Positions 25,455-36,987 of a DNA stretch of 64,000 nucleotides are shown in pieces. The stretch covers positions 248,001 through 312,000 of the forward strand of contig JASTWF010000323.1 in the NCBI GenBank assembly GCA_030390025.1. The letters are read 5' to 3'. Each line of letters opens with the position of its first letter. The stretch's first letter is position 1. Made by a program: the position numbers and the translations under genes. This DNA is from Squalus acanthias (Eukaryota). Under the pieces are notes generated by a model. The model had not been told where the DNA came from. It ran no database searches and saw only the letters and a list, made by a program, of their open reading frames with translations.

Positions 25455-26480
25455 GGCCCCAAAAATTCTTGAGGAAGCCTTTGTGCGAGGGTAAGGCCTC
25501 CCCGCGATCTCTCACTGCGCGTTGGCTTTTTCAGTTCCAGCTCGAACGAACTTGATGTTCTGGACAGCTGCTGTGCTGGGCTTGCGTATCCCACAGGCGT
25601 AGTTAATTCGTGCGAGCTGTGGGATCACGTGACTCAGTTAGAGCCAAAGGCAGCACGCCATCTTCCATTCATAACGTTCACAGAAGTGCTGTGAAAGCTA
25701 TGAATACTTTAGCCCCCCAAAAGAACCGCTAAACCTCGATTAAATTTTTAAAAAAAATCTCATTAATAAAATAAGTATAGTTAAATAAATCAACTATGTT
25801 AAATAAAAAATTAAATATTTGAAAAAATTTAAAATCTTTTAAAAAGTTATAAAAATAAACTTACCTGTCTTTAAAGTCTCTAAAAAAGATATACCTGTTA
25901 AAAAAAATTCAAAATAACACTTAATTCACTACTTACCTTGTTAAAAGTGGGTCTTACTCCTCCTTTTGTTATGTATAGAATCTTCCGTACTTACCTGCGC
26001 GTTGAAACCACTAAGTGCAAAAATGTGCGGGTTAGGTTGATTTGGCTAAGATAAATTGACCCTTAGTGTTAGGGGGGGATTAAATATGTGGGGTTATGGG
26101 GATAGGATGGGATATGTTAGGGGGAATTAAATACGTGGGGTTACGGGGGTAGGGTGGGATATGTGTACTGTGGGGATTAAAGCAGGGACAGGGTACTGGA
26201 TTTGGACGATCAGCCATGATCGTATTGAATGGTGGAGCAGACTCGATGGGCCGAATGGTCCACTCCTGCTCCTAGATTCCATGTTTCTATGTTTCTATGT
26301 GCACTGCGTGCGCGCAGCCTGTAGCGCGCACGCGATTCAACTAGGACCCGCCCCCTTTTCCATTCACCAAGTGCCGGTTTTCAGCGCATGCGCAGTGCAT
26401 GCAGAAAACCGGCAATTGGAGACAGAATACGCGAGAGTACGCAGTGCGTACTCTCGCGCAGCGGCACTAATTTTTGGGCC
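25455..26480 (-). mobile_element. Non-autonomous DNA transposon (Harbinger-like MITE), opposite orientation to copies at 36988-38489
   Basis: TIRs GGCCCCAAAAATT / AATTTTTGGGCC, 3-bp TSD GAT; internal sequence is the reverse complement of 37176-37917. Confidence 0.8.
26020..26299 (+). mobile_element. 5'-truncated HE1-like SINE inserted in the MITE
   Basis: Same body and CR1-type tail as 34994-35390; (TTTCTATG)n end; GTGCA duplicated on both sides. Confidence 0.85.
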
Positions 26481-27464
26481 GATGTATCAACATTGCAGGA
26501 AGCTACTTTAGAAGAAACCATTATTTGTTAATGAGAAAGACACAAAAAATATTTTGATTCATCTGATAATGTTCAATTTCTATTTGGAATAAATGTTTGA
26601 ATTAGGAGATTAAAAATTGAGGGAACAATGAAGTTTGTTTTTAGCTATTTAATTCAAAAATACCCAAAACAATGCAACACTTTTCATGATAAGAGCAGGG
26701 ATTAATATTGTGGCTAATTGTTGAGAGAAAAACATTAGAAGCGAAATTCGTAAATTAACATCTTTACGTAAACATATTAATAATCATTTCCAAGTCAGTC
26801 TGACTGCTTCTCTTGTCCAGGAAAAATGAGGAATGTTACTTCTGTTAAATCATAGCTTTTCCTGCTTTTTGTTTTTAATTTAGTGACGCAAATTATGTAT
26901 GTGTTTTTCTGCACTTGTGAATAAGTGCTGCATTTCTGACATTTTATATGGGGGTGGGGGCGCTGGTTCAAGAAGAGCACGTTTATTAATGGAAGTGATT
27001 GAAGTTCGAAATACGGATACCCGTTTTTGTTCAATTCTTCTTAATGCTTTGAACTAAAGAACTGCAGCACTTGGTTGTCTGGTTGCATTGTGATTAATAT
27101 TCTAATTACATATCTGGATATACAGCACGTCAGCGCAATAGGAAAGTCGCTGCTCCTGCTGCTTTTGCAGCCATTGCTATAATGACATGAGTGATGGGCG
27201 AATAGGTTGAAAACTTTTAAATTAATACAATTTGAATAGATGTTTATTATTTCAGGTTTCCAGCATCCGATATATTTTGCTTTTGCACGAATAGATTTGC
27301 CTCTTCCAGCTCACTTGGGCTTTTGAATTGTTTGCCGATGCATAACCGTGCAATTGTTTGCCGTTTCTGAAGTGTCAATGCATTATTATGCAGTTCTTTT
27401 ATATATCATTCATTTCATATAGAGTTTGTACATGACGAACTAAAAGCTTTTAATTCATTCCACC

Positions 27465-27750
27465 GTAAACAAACTTGCAGAATGGGCATTTAAATGGCAA
27501 TTGAATTACAATTTGAGTAAGTGTAATTTGGTGCATTTTGTTAGGAAGAATAAGGAGCCAACCTATTCATTGCAAAATAAGAGCCTAAAAGGGGCGGAGG
27601 TGCAAAGTAATCTGGGTGTATAGATTCACAAATCAATAAAAGTAGCAATGCAGGTTAAAAAAGCCATAAAAGTGCAAATAACGCACTTGGGCTCATTTCT
27701 AGAGAAATAGATTTCAAAAGCAGGGACGTTATGTTAAATTTGCAGAACCT
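27465..27750 (+). mobile_element. Degenerate CR1 RT fragment
   Basis: Similar to 45050-45330 (aaacttgcagaatggg...aaatggcaa...ggaagaataagg). Confidence 0.65.
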
Positions 27751-27960
27751 TTAATTGTCTCATGATTTGAGACGGTTGGATGGCAATATATCATAACTGT
27801 ATATTTATGCTGTTAAGTTGCTGTTGTTGCTGTCGTTGTTGTACCTAAACTTGTTGTAAAATGTGTTGTTGCAAAAATGCTCCCGGGGACGAAACTTTCG
27901 CGCTAAAAGGAGTTCGTGGCCACTCAGTACAAACAAATCAGAGGGAGCATTGGTGGGGAG

Positions 27961-28757
27961 GAGTTGAGGATCTCAAGTGGGGTGGAGTGGAGCTGAGGAT
28001 ATTAGATGAAGTACGGAGGAGCTGAGGATATTAGGTGAGGTAGGGAAGAGCGGAGGATATTAGGTGGGGTAGGGAGGAGCTGAGGATATTAGGTGGGGTG
28101 GGGTGGAGCTGATGATATTTGGAGGGGTGTGGAAGAGCTGAGGATATTAGGTGTGGTAGGGAGGAGCTGAGGATATTTGGTGGGGTGTGGATGAGCTGAA
28201 GATATTAGGTGGGGTGGAGAGGAGCTAACGATATTAGGTGGGATGGGGAGGAGCTGAGGATATTAGGTGGGGTGGGGAGAAGCTGAGGATATTTGGTGGG
28301 GTGGTGAGGAGCTGAAGATATTAGGAGGGGTGGGGAAGAGATGAGGATATTAGGTGGGGTGGGGAGGAGCTGAGGATATTAGGTGGGGTGGGGAGGAGCT
28401 GAGATATTACGTGGGGTGTGGAGGAGCTAAGGATGTTAGGTGGGGTGGGTAGGAACTGAGGATATTAGGTTGCGTGTGGAGGAGCTGAGGATATTAGGTG
28501 GGGTGGGGAGGAGCTGAGGATATTCGGTGGGGTGGGGAGGAGCTGAGGATATTAAGTGGGGTGTGGAGGAGCTGAGGATATTAGGTGGGGTGTGGAGGAG
28601 CTGAGGATATTAGCTGGGGTGGGGAGGAGCTGAGGATATTTGGTGGGGTGTGGAGGAGCTGAAGATATTAGGTGGGGTAGGGAGGAGCTGAGGATATTCG
28701 GTGGGTTGGGGAGGAGCTGAGGATATTAGGTGGGGTGGCGAGGAGCTGAGTATATTT
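27961..28757. repeat. G-rich minisatellite, 30-bp unit GGAGGAGCTGAGGATATTAGGTGGGGTGGG, ~26 copies
   Basis: Direct reading; units stay in register every 30 bp. Confidence 0.95.
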
Positions 28758-29455
28758 GAAACATGCAGACACTGCGACAACGTATGAACGGACACCGTAC
28801 AACAATCGCCAGGCAGGAGTGTTACCTCCCAGTCGGGGAACACTTCAGCAGTCATGGACATGCAGCCTCCAATCTTCGGGTAAGCGTTCCCAAGGCGGCC
28901 TTCGAGACACACGACAACGCAAAAGCGTCGAGCAGAAACTGATAGCCAAGTTCCGCACCCATGAGGACGGCCTCAACCGGGAACTTGGGTTCATGTCACG
29001 CTACATGTAACCCCATCTGACGTACAGTCATCCAGACTCGAGTCGGCGTTGGCTTGTTCTCTCTACACAGATGCGACCGGACCTGCTGTGATTTCCAGCA
29101 AAAAAAGGATTTTGTTTTCCCTACAGACCCCAGCACCCGCCACATTTGACCTCATTGTCTTTGATGTAATGTTTTCCTGACTGACCTATTTGGACACCAA
29201 CCACACCTTTGATTTCCGTGATTATCTATCTGCCGAGGTGTGATAAAGGGCAGTTAGAAAGATTAACTGTAATCATCTGGTAGTGTTCTCTGACTATATA
29301 TGCTGTGCCTAAATGCATCTCTTCAATCCACCTGACGAAGGAGCAGCGCTCGGAAAGCTTATGATTTCAAATAAAGCTGTTGGACTATAACCTGGTGTTG
29401 TGCGACTTCTCACATTTGTCCACCCCAGTGCAACACCGGCAACTGCACATCATGT
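28758..29455 (+). mobile_element. Penelope-like element 3' fragment (end of GIY-YIG domain + terminus with hammerhead motif)
   Basis: EQKLIAKFRTHEDGLNRELGFMSRY C-terminus; CTGACGA-AGGAGCAGCGCTCG-GAAAGCTT at 29332-29360. Confidence 0.8.
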
Positions 29456-29799
29456 TTATTAATTATTATTTTATTTATTCAATAAACTGATGCATTGCTT
29501 CAAATAAAGAAGAGAAATTTCTCTACTTGACATCTCACATAGACATTAGAAAACATGCAGACTGTGCAGTGAATTGGCACGTGAACTTTAACATAGATGA
29601 ATGCGAGGTGATGCACTTTGGTAGGAAAATAGAAACTTTATGATGTGAGTTTGTTTGATGTTGTGTATATGGACTTTCAAAAGGCGTTTGACAACGTACC
29701 TCATGACAGACCTGCTCGTAAAATTGTAGCCATGGGATTAGTGGGACAGGGCAGTATGGATACAAAATTGTCTTCGGGTCAGAAAGCAGAGATTTCAGT

Positions 29800-31405
29800 T
29801 GGTACCCGTCATGGATCCTAGCTATGCCTGCCTTTTCGTGGGATCTGTGAAAGACTCTTTGTTCCAGTCCCCTCCCTCACCTCTTTTTCCGGTACATTGA
29901 TGACTGTATCGGTGTCGTTTCCTGCCCTCGCCCTGAACTAGATAACTTCATCCACTCTGTTCCAATGTCCAACCTTGTCTCACCTTCACATGGTCCAACT
30001 CCGACTCTACCCTTCCCTTTCCTTCCTCGACTTCTTCGGACCATTTCTGGGGACAGGTTATTGACAAACATTCATTACAAGCCCACTGACTCCAACAGCT
30101 ACCTGGACTAAACTTTCTCCCACCACGACTCATGTAAGGACTCTATTCCATTCCCCCAGTTTCTCCGTCTCCGCCGCATCCACTCTAACGATGCCACCTT
30201 CCATACCAGTGCTTCCTACACGTCTTGCTTTTTCCTCAACCGAGGATTCCCCTCTACAATGGTTGACACGGCCCTCGACCGTGTCCGTTCTGTCTCCTGC
30301 ACTTCTGCCCTCACCCCTGCCCCTCCCTTCCGGAACCACGATAGAGTTCCCCTTGTCCTCATCTTTTACCCCACCAGCCTCCACATTCAACGGTGTATCC
30401 TCCGATAGTTCCACCACCTCCAGCGTGAACCCACCACCAAACGCATCTTCCCCTCACCTCCCCTTTCAGCATTCCGTAGGGACCGCTTCATTCGCGACAC
30501 CCTAGTCCACTCCTCTATCACCCACAGCACCCCTTCCCCTTCTCCCGGCACCTTCCCGTGCAAGCGCTGGAGATGCAACGCATGCCCTTATACCTCACCC
30601 CTTCCCACTTTCCAGGGCCCCAAACACCCCATCCAGGTGAAACGGGGATTTACTTGTACTTCTTGCAATTTAGTTCAATGTATTCGCTGCTCATGATGTG
30701 GTGTTCTCTAGATTAGGGAGACCAAACGCAGATTGGGTGACCGCTTTGCGGAACATCTCTGTTCGGTCCGTAATGGGGACCCCGAGCTTCCGGTCACCTG
30801 TCACTTTAATTCACCGCTCCACTCCCACTCAGAGCTCATAGTCCTCGGCCTCTTGCATTGTTCCACGGAAGCTCAGCGTAAGCTCGAGGAATAGCACCTC
30901 ATCTTTCGATTAGGCACTTTACAGCCTTCTGGACATAACATAGAGTTCAACAATTTCAGATCATAACCTCGGCCCCTATCATATATATATGTTTTATCCA
31001 CACATTTTGTTTTTGCCTTTTATTCTTCTCTCCCACATGGCAGCTGTCTTTCATTCTGCCAGCGCAATACTCACTTCATCCAGTGCTGTCGTTTGTTGCC
31101 TAACCTGTCCCATTACCATCTCATTTTACCTTGAATACCTCTTAATGTCTCTTTTCTTCTCCTGCCTTCTATCCTATCACACAGCTTCCCCTTTGTTCTT
31201 TCATTCCCTCCTCCATTTCCCAGCCCCTAAACTTGCTGAAAAATCTGTTCCATTTACTGCTTTTTTCCAGTTCTGACGAAAGGTCAACGACCTCAAACGT
31301 TAACCCTGTTTCTCTCTTCACTGATGCTGCCTGAACTGCTGAGTACCTCCAGCACTTTCTGTTTTTATTTCAGATTTTCAGCATCTGCAGTACTTTCTTT
31401 TTGTA
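29800..31405 (+). mobile_element. Penelope-like retroelement, 5'-truncated and degraded (RT end + GIY-YIG)
   Basis: SYACLFVG...FFRYIDD...YKPTDSNSYLD, then a C-x-x-C...IRETKRRLGDRFAEHL GIY-YIG-like region; 3' terminus with degenerate hammerhead at 31269-31305. Confidence 0.9.
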
Positions 31406-31503
31406 TTGGAGTTCAGTTGACCATTTGTTTTTCAGACTGGAGGGAAGTATAGATTGTTGTTCCCCACGGGTTATTATTTGGACCAGTGCTCTTTTTGATA
31501 TAT

Positions 31504-31942
31504 GGTGTCGGGAGCGACGAGACCAGAGGTCCAGTAAGTATTTTAACTCACTTTCGCGGGCTTTTCTTTCACAGGCTGGTGTCGGGAGCGACGAGACCGG
31601 AGGTCCAGTGACTATTTGAACTCACTTTCGCGGGCTTTTCTTTCACAGGCTGGTGTCGGGAGCGACGAGACCGGAGGTCCAGTGACTATTTGAACTCACT
31701 TTCGCGGGCTTTTCTTTCACAGGCTGGTGTCGGGAGCGACGAGACCGGAGGTCCAGTTAGTATTTGAACTCACTTTCGCGGGCTTTTCTTTCACAGGCTG
31801 GTGTCGGGAGGGCGAGCCGGAGGCCCAGTGAGTATTTAAACTCACTTTCGCGGGCTTTTCTTTCACAGGCTGGTGTCGGGAGGGCGAGCCGGAGGCCCAG
31901 TGAGTATTTAAACTCACTTTCGCGGGCTTTTCTTTCACAGGC
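31504..31942 (+). repeat. Six tandem 74/72-bp monomers forming the CR1 5' end
   Basis: ggtgtcggg starts at 31504, 31578, 31652, 31726, 31800, 31872. Confidence 0.95.
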
Positions 31943-34900
31943 ATACCAATCTCAGACCAGCGGCGGCGTTCCAGAGCCAGGTCACGATTCAAAACGTGAA
32001 GCGGGCAGGAGGGAGCAGCTGATTGGGTGAGTACGGCTAGATAAGTATTTATACTTCTCTATAGTTTGACAGTTAAGGTTCATAGATTATAAAATTTAGA
32101 AGGTCTTAATTTTGTGTATATAGTTTCTAGTGCTAGTAACCAAGGGCACTTGAGTATATCATTTAATTGAGTGTAATTGGTGGTATTGATTTGATTTAAA
32201 TTAAGTTCAATTAATTAAAGGGTAAGTCAGGACAGGACACCCCAGCCCCGTGTTTTGCTCCCCCTGCTCGATGTGGGAAATCAGGGACCCTTCCGGTGTC
32301 CCTGACAACCATGTGTGCGGGAAGTGTATCCAGCTGCAGCTACTGACAGACCACATTGCGGCGCTGGAGCTGCGGATGGAGGAGTATTGGAGCATTCGCG
32401 ATGCTGAGAACCTCGTGGATAGCACGTTTAGAGTGTTAGTCACACCGCAGGCAAAGGGTGCACAGGCAGGAAGTAAATGCGTGACCACCAGGCAGAGTAA
32501 GAGGTGCAGGCAGGTAGTGCAGGGGTCCCCTGTGGACATCCCTCTCTCAAACAGATATACCACTTTGAATACTGTTGGTGGGGATGACTTATCAGGGGAA
32601 GGCAGCAGCAGCCAACTTCCTGGCACCATGGGTGTCTCTGCTACACGGGCTGGGATGAAAAAGAGTGGAAGATCTATATTGATAGGGGACTCAATTGTAA
32701 GGGGAATAGATAGGCGTTTCTGCGGCCGCAACCGAGAATCCAGAATGGTGTGTTGCCTCCCTGGTGCAAGGGTCAAGGACGTATCGGAGCGGCTACAGAA
32801 CATTTTTGAGGGGGAGGGCGAACAGCCAGCTGGCGTGGTATCATAGGCATCAACGATATAGGTAAAAAAGGGGGTGAGGTGCTAAAAGCATAATATAGAG
32901 AGTTAGGAGGTAAATTACAAAATAGGACCTCAAAGGTAGTTATCTCAGGATTGCTACCAGTGCCACGTGCTAATCAGAGTAGAAATATGAGGATATTTCA
33001 AATGAATACGTGGCTAGAGGAATGGTGTAAGGGGGAGGGATTCAAATTCCTGGGACATTGGAAACGGTTCTGGGGGAGGTGGGACCAGTACAAACCGGAC
33101 GGTCTGCACCTGGGCAGGGCCGGGACCGCTGTTCTAGGGGGATTGTTTGCTAGTGCTGTTGGGGAGGGTTTAAACTAAAGTGGCAGGGGGTGGGGCATCT
33201 GAGCAGGAATACTGAGGAAAGCGTGTCGGGAAGGGACAGAAGGTATGGAATAAAAGGTAAAGTGTTAAAAAAGGAAGAAGCAGGAACTAAGTGTCACAAA
33301 ACATATTTGAAAGTTCTTTATCTAAATGCACGTAGCATTCGTAAAAAAATGGACGAGTTAACGGCACAAATAACTACATATGGGTATGATCTTGTGGCCA
33401 TTACAGAAACATGGCTGCAGGGTGACAACGACTGGGAATTAAATATGCCAGGGTATTTAACAATCAGGAAGGACAGGCAGGAAGGAAGGGGAGGTGGGGT
33501 GGCTATGTTAATAAAGGAAGGAATCACTGTAATACAGAGACATGATATTCTGTCAGAGGATCAGGATAATGAAACAGTTTGGGTTGAGATAAGGAATAAT
33601 AAGGGGAAAAAACACACTAGTGTCCTCCTAATAGTTGCAATTCTGCTGGAAGAAGTATTAAGCAGGAAATAGTTGGGGCATGTAAAAGGAAACAGCTATA
33701 ATTATGGGGGATTTTAACGATCATATTAACTGGACAAATCAAATTGGGCAGGGCAGCCTTGAGGAGGAGTTTATTGAGTGTATTAGGGATGTATTTCTTT
33801 AGCAGTATGTAACGGATCCTACAAGAGGGCAAACAACCTTGAACCTGGTCCTGTGTAATGAGTCAGGATTAATTAATAATGTCCTCATTCAGGATCCTCT
33901 TGGAATGAGTGACCATAACATGGTTGAATTCCATATCCAATTAGAGGGTGAGCAGGTTGGTTCTCAAACAAGCGTACTGAGCTTGAATAAAGGAGACTTT
34001 GATGGTATGAGAGCGGAATTGATTAAAGTGGACTGTGAAAAATAGATTAAACGGTATGACGGTACATGAGCAGTGGTGTTCATTTAAGGAGTTATTTTAC
34101 AACTTTCAAAAAATATATATTCTACTGAGGAAAAAAGGGTGTAAAAGAAATGACAGCCACCCATTGCTAAGTAAAGAAATTAAGGATAGTATCCGACTAA
34201 AAACAAGGACATATAAGGTAGCCAAAATTAGTGGGAGGATAAGAGATTGGGAAGTCTTCAAAAAACAGCAAAAAGTAACGAATGGATTGATTAAGAAAGT
34301 GAAGATAGATTATGAAAATAAATTAGCAAAACATATAAAAACAGATAGCAATTGTTTCTATAGTTATATAAAAAGAAAAAGGGTAGCTAAGGCAAACATA
34401 GGTCCCTTAGAGGATGAGACCGGGAAATTAATGGTGGGAAACATGGAGATGGAAACAAAGCTGAACAAATATTTTGGTCAGTCTTTACGGTAGAGGACAC
34501 TAAGAATATCCCAGCACTGGACAAACAGGGGGCTCTAGGTGGGGAGGAGCTAAATACGATTAAAATCACTAAGAAATTGGTACTTAATAAAATAATGTGA
34601 CTCAAGGCGGATAAATCCCCTGGACCTGATGGCTTACATCCTAGGGTCTTGAGGGAAGTGGCAGTAGGGATTGTGGATGCATTGACAATAATGTTCCAAA
34701 ATTCCCTGGACTCAGCAAAGGTCCCGGCAGATTGGAAAACTGATAATGTAACACCCTTATTTAAAAAGGGTATTAGGCAGAAGGCTGGAAATTATAGACC
34801 AGTTAGCCTAACATCTGTGCTGGGTAAAATTTTGGAGTCTATTATTAAGGAGACATTACGGAATATTTAGATAAACATAATTTAACAGGACAAAGTCATC

Positions 34901-34993
34901 ATGCCTTTATGAAGGGGAAGTCATGTCTGACAAATTTGCTTGAGTTCTTTGAGGACATAACGTACAGAGTGGATAAAGGGGAACCAGTGGACT

Positions 34994-35390
34994 TAGAAAC
35001 ATAGAATCTAGGAGCAGGCCATTCGGCCCGTCGAGCCTGCTCCACCATTCAATACGATCATGGCTGATCATCCAAATCCAGTACCCTGTCCCTGCTTTAA
35101 TCCCCACAGTACACATATCCCACCCTACCCCCGTAACCCCACGTATTTAATTCCCCCTAACATATCCCATCTTATCCCCATAACCCCTAACACTAAGGAT
35201 CAATTTATCATAGCCAAATCAACCTAACCCGCACATTTTTGGACTGTGGGAGGAAACCAGAGCACCCGGAGGAAACCCACGCAGACACGGGGAGAATGTG
35301 CAAACTCCACACAGACAGTCACCCGAGGTCAGATTCGAACCCGGTTCCCTGGCGCTGTGAGGCCCCAGTGCTAACCACTATGCCACCGTT
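34994..35390 (-). mobile_element. HE1-like V-SINE inserted in CR1 ORF2
   Basis: tRNA-like head (TGGCATAGTGG A box, GGTTCGAATC B box), V-domain GTGTGGAGTTTGCACATTCTCCCCGTGTCTGCGTGGGTTTCCTCCGGG, CR1-type tail; splits GEPVD / VYLDFQKAFD. Confidence 0.92.
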
Positions 35391-36987
35391 TTACACCTTA
35401 GTGTATTTAGACTTCCAGAAGGCATTCGACAAGTTGCCACATAAAAGATTATTGCTCAAGATAACGCATCACTGGATTGGGGGAAATATTCTGACATGGG
35501 TGGAAGATTGGTTATCTAACAGAAAGCAGAGAGTTGGGATAAATGGTTCATTCTCGGACTGGCAACCAGTAGCCAGTGGTGTTCCGCAGAGGTCGGTGCT
35601 GGGTCCCCAACTCTTTACAATCTATATTAACAATTTGGTGGAGGGGACCGAGTGTAATATATCAAAGTTTGCAGATGATACAAATATGGGAGGGAAAGTA
35701 GAAAGTGAGGAGGACATAAAAAACCTACAAGCGGATATAGACAGGCTGGGTGAGTGGGCGGAGATTTGGCAGATGCAACACAATATTGGAAAATGTGAGG
35801 TTATGCACTTTGGCAGGACAAAACAGAGAGCAAGTCATTATCTTAATGGCGAGAAACTGGAAAGTACTGCAGTACAAAGGGATCTGGGGGTCCTAGTGCA
35901 ATAAAATCAAAAAGTTAGTATGCAGGTGCAGCAGGTGATCAACTAGGCCAACGGAATGTTGGCTTTTATTGCTAGGGGGATAGATTATATAAACAGGGAG
36001 GTATTGCTGCAGTTATATAAGGTATTGGTGAAAACGCACCTGGAATACTGCATACAGTTTTGTGTCCATACTTAAGAAAATACATACTTGCTCTCGAGGC
36101 AGTACAACGAAGGTTCACTCGCTTAATCCCGCAGATGAGGGGGTGGACATATGAGGAGAGGTTGAGTAGATTGGGACTCTACTCATTGGAGTTCAGAAAA
36201 ATGAGAGGTGATCTTATTGAAACTTATAAGATTGTGAAGGGGCTTGATCCGGTGGATGCGGTAAGGATGTTCCCAAGGATGGGTGAAACTAGAATTAGGG
36301 GGCATAATCTTAGAATAAGGGGCTGCTCTTTATAAACTGAGATGAGGAGAAACTTCTTCACTGAGAGGGTAGTAGGTCTGTGGAATTTGCTGCCCCAGGA
36401 AGCTGTGGAAGCCACATCATTAAATATATTTAAAACAGAAATAGACAGTTTCCTAGCAGTAAAGGGAATTAGGGGTTATGGGGAGCGGGCACGAAATTGG
36501 ACATGAGGCTGAGTTCGGATCGGTCAAGACCCTGTGCGTGGCGGAGCGTGCCCAGGGGCTGAGTGGCCGTGTCCTGCTCCTACTTCTTGTGTTCTTTAGA
36601 TTTGAGGTTAGCATCAGATCAGTCATGATCTTATTGAATGGCGGAGCAGGCTCGAGGGGCCGATTGGCCTACTCCTGCTCCTATTTCTTATGTTCTTATG
36701 TTCTTATGAATGACGTAGAGTTGCTTATAAATGGCATCAAAACTCGGAAATGTAGTACACAATGATGTGGATAGTAACAGACTTCAGGAGGACGTAGACT
36801 GACAGATCAACACGAGAGCATAAGAAATATGAGCAGGATTAGGCCATTCGGCCCTCCGATCCCGCTCCACCATTCTATAAGATCATGGCTGATATTCGGT
36901 TAAAAAAAACATTAATATAACACGTTCTAATTGACCCTCATTCCTGCAGATACAGTTTTCTCAATTCTCAGCTTTTTGGCATATATT

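Larger units (their letters stand above)
31504..36707 (+). mobile_element. Full-length CR1 LINE (5' monomer array, ORF1, ORF2, tail); inactivated by stops/frameshifts and a SINE insertion
   Basis: ORF1 ~32250-33175 with CxxC...CxxC, coiled coil and SGNH esterase (LIGDSIVRG; DGLHL). ORF2 ~33190-36470 with APE (LYLNARSI, ITETWL, SDHN) and RT (NYRPVSLTS, YLDFQKAFD, GVPQRSVLGP, KFADD). (TTCTTATG)n tail. Confidence 0.95.

Noticed and set aside
31504..31942. CRISPR-like regular repeats
   Set aside because: Whole units are repeated with no unique spacers; eukaryotic context, no cas genes.
35325..35390. tRNA-like A/B boxes (also ~9036, 11670, 17680, 39680, 49055)
   Set aside because: They are SINE heads continuing into V/Deu domains; no complete cloverleaf.
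32250..36470. Active autonomous CR1
   Set aside because: Multiple stops and frameshifts in both ORFs plus a SINE inside the RT.
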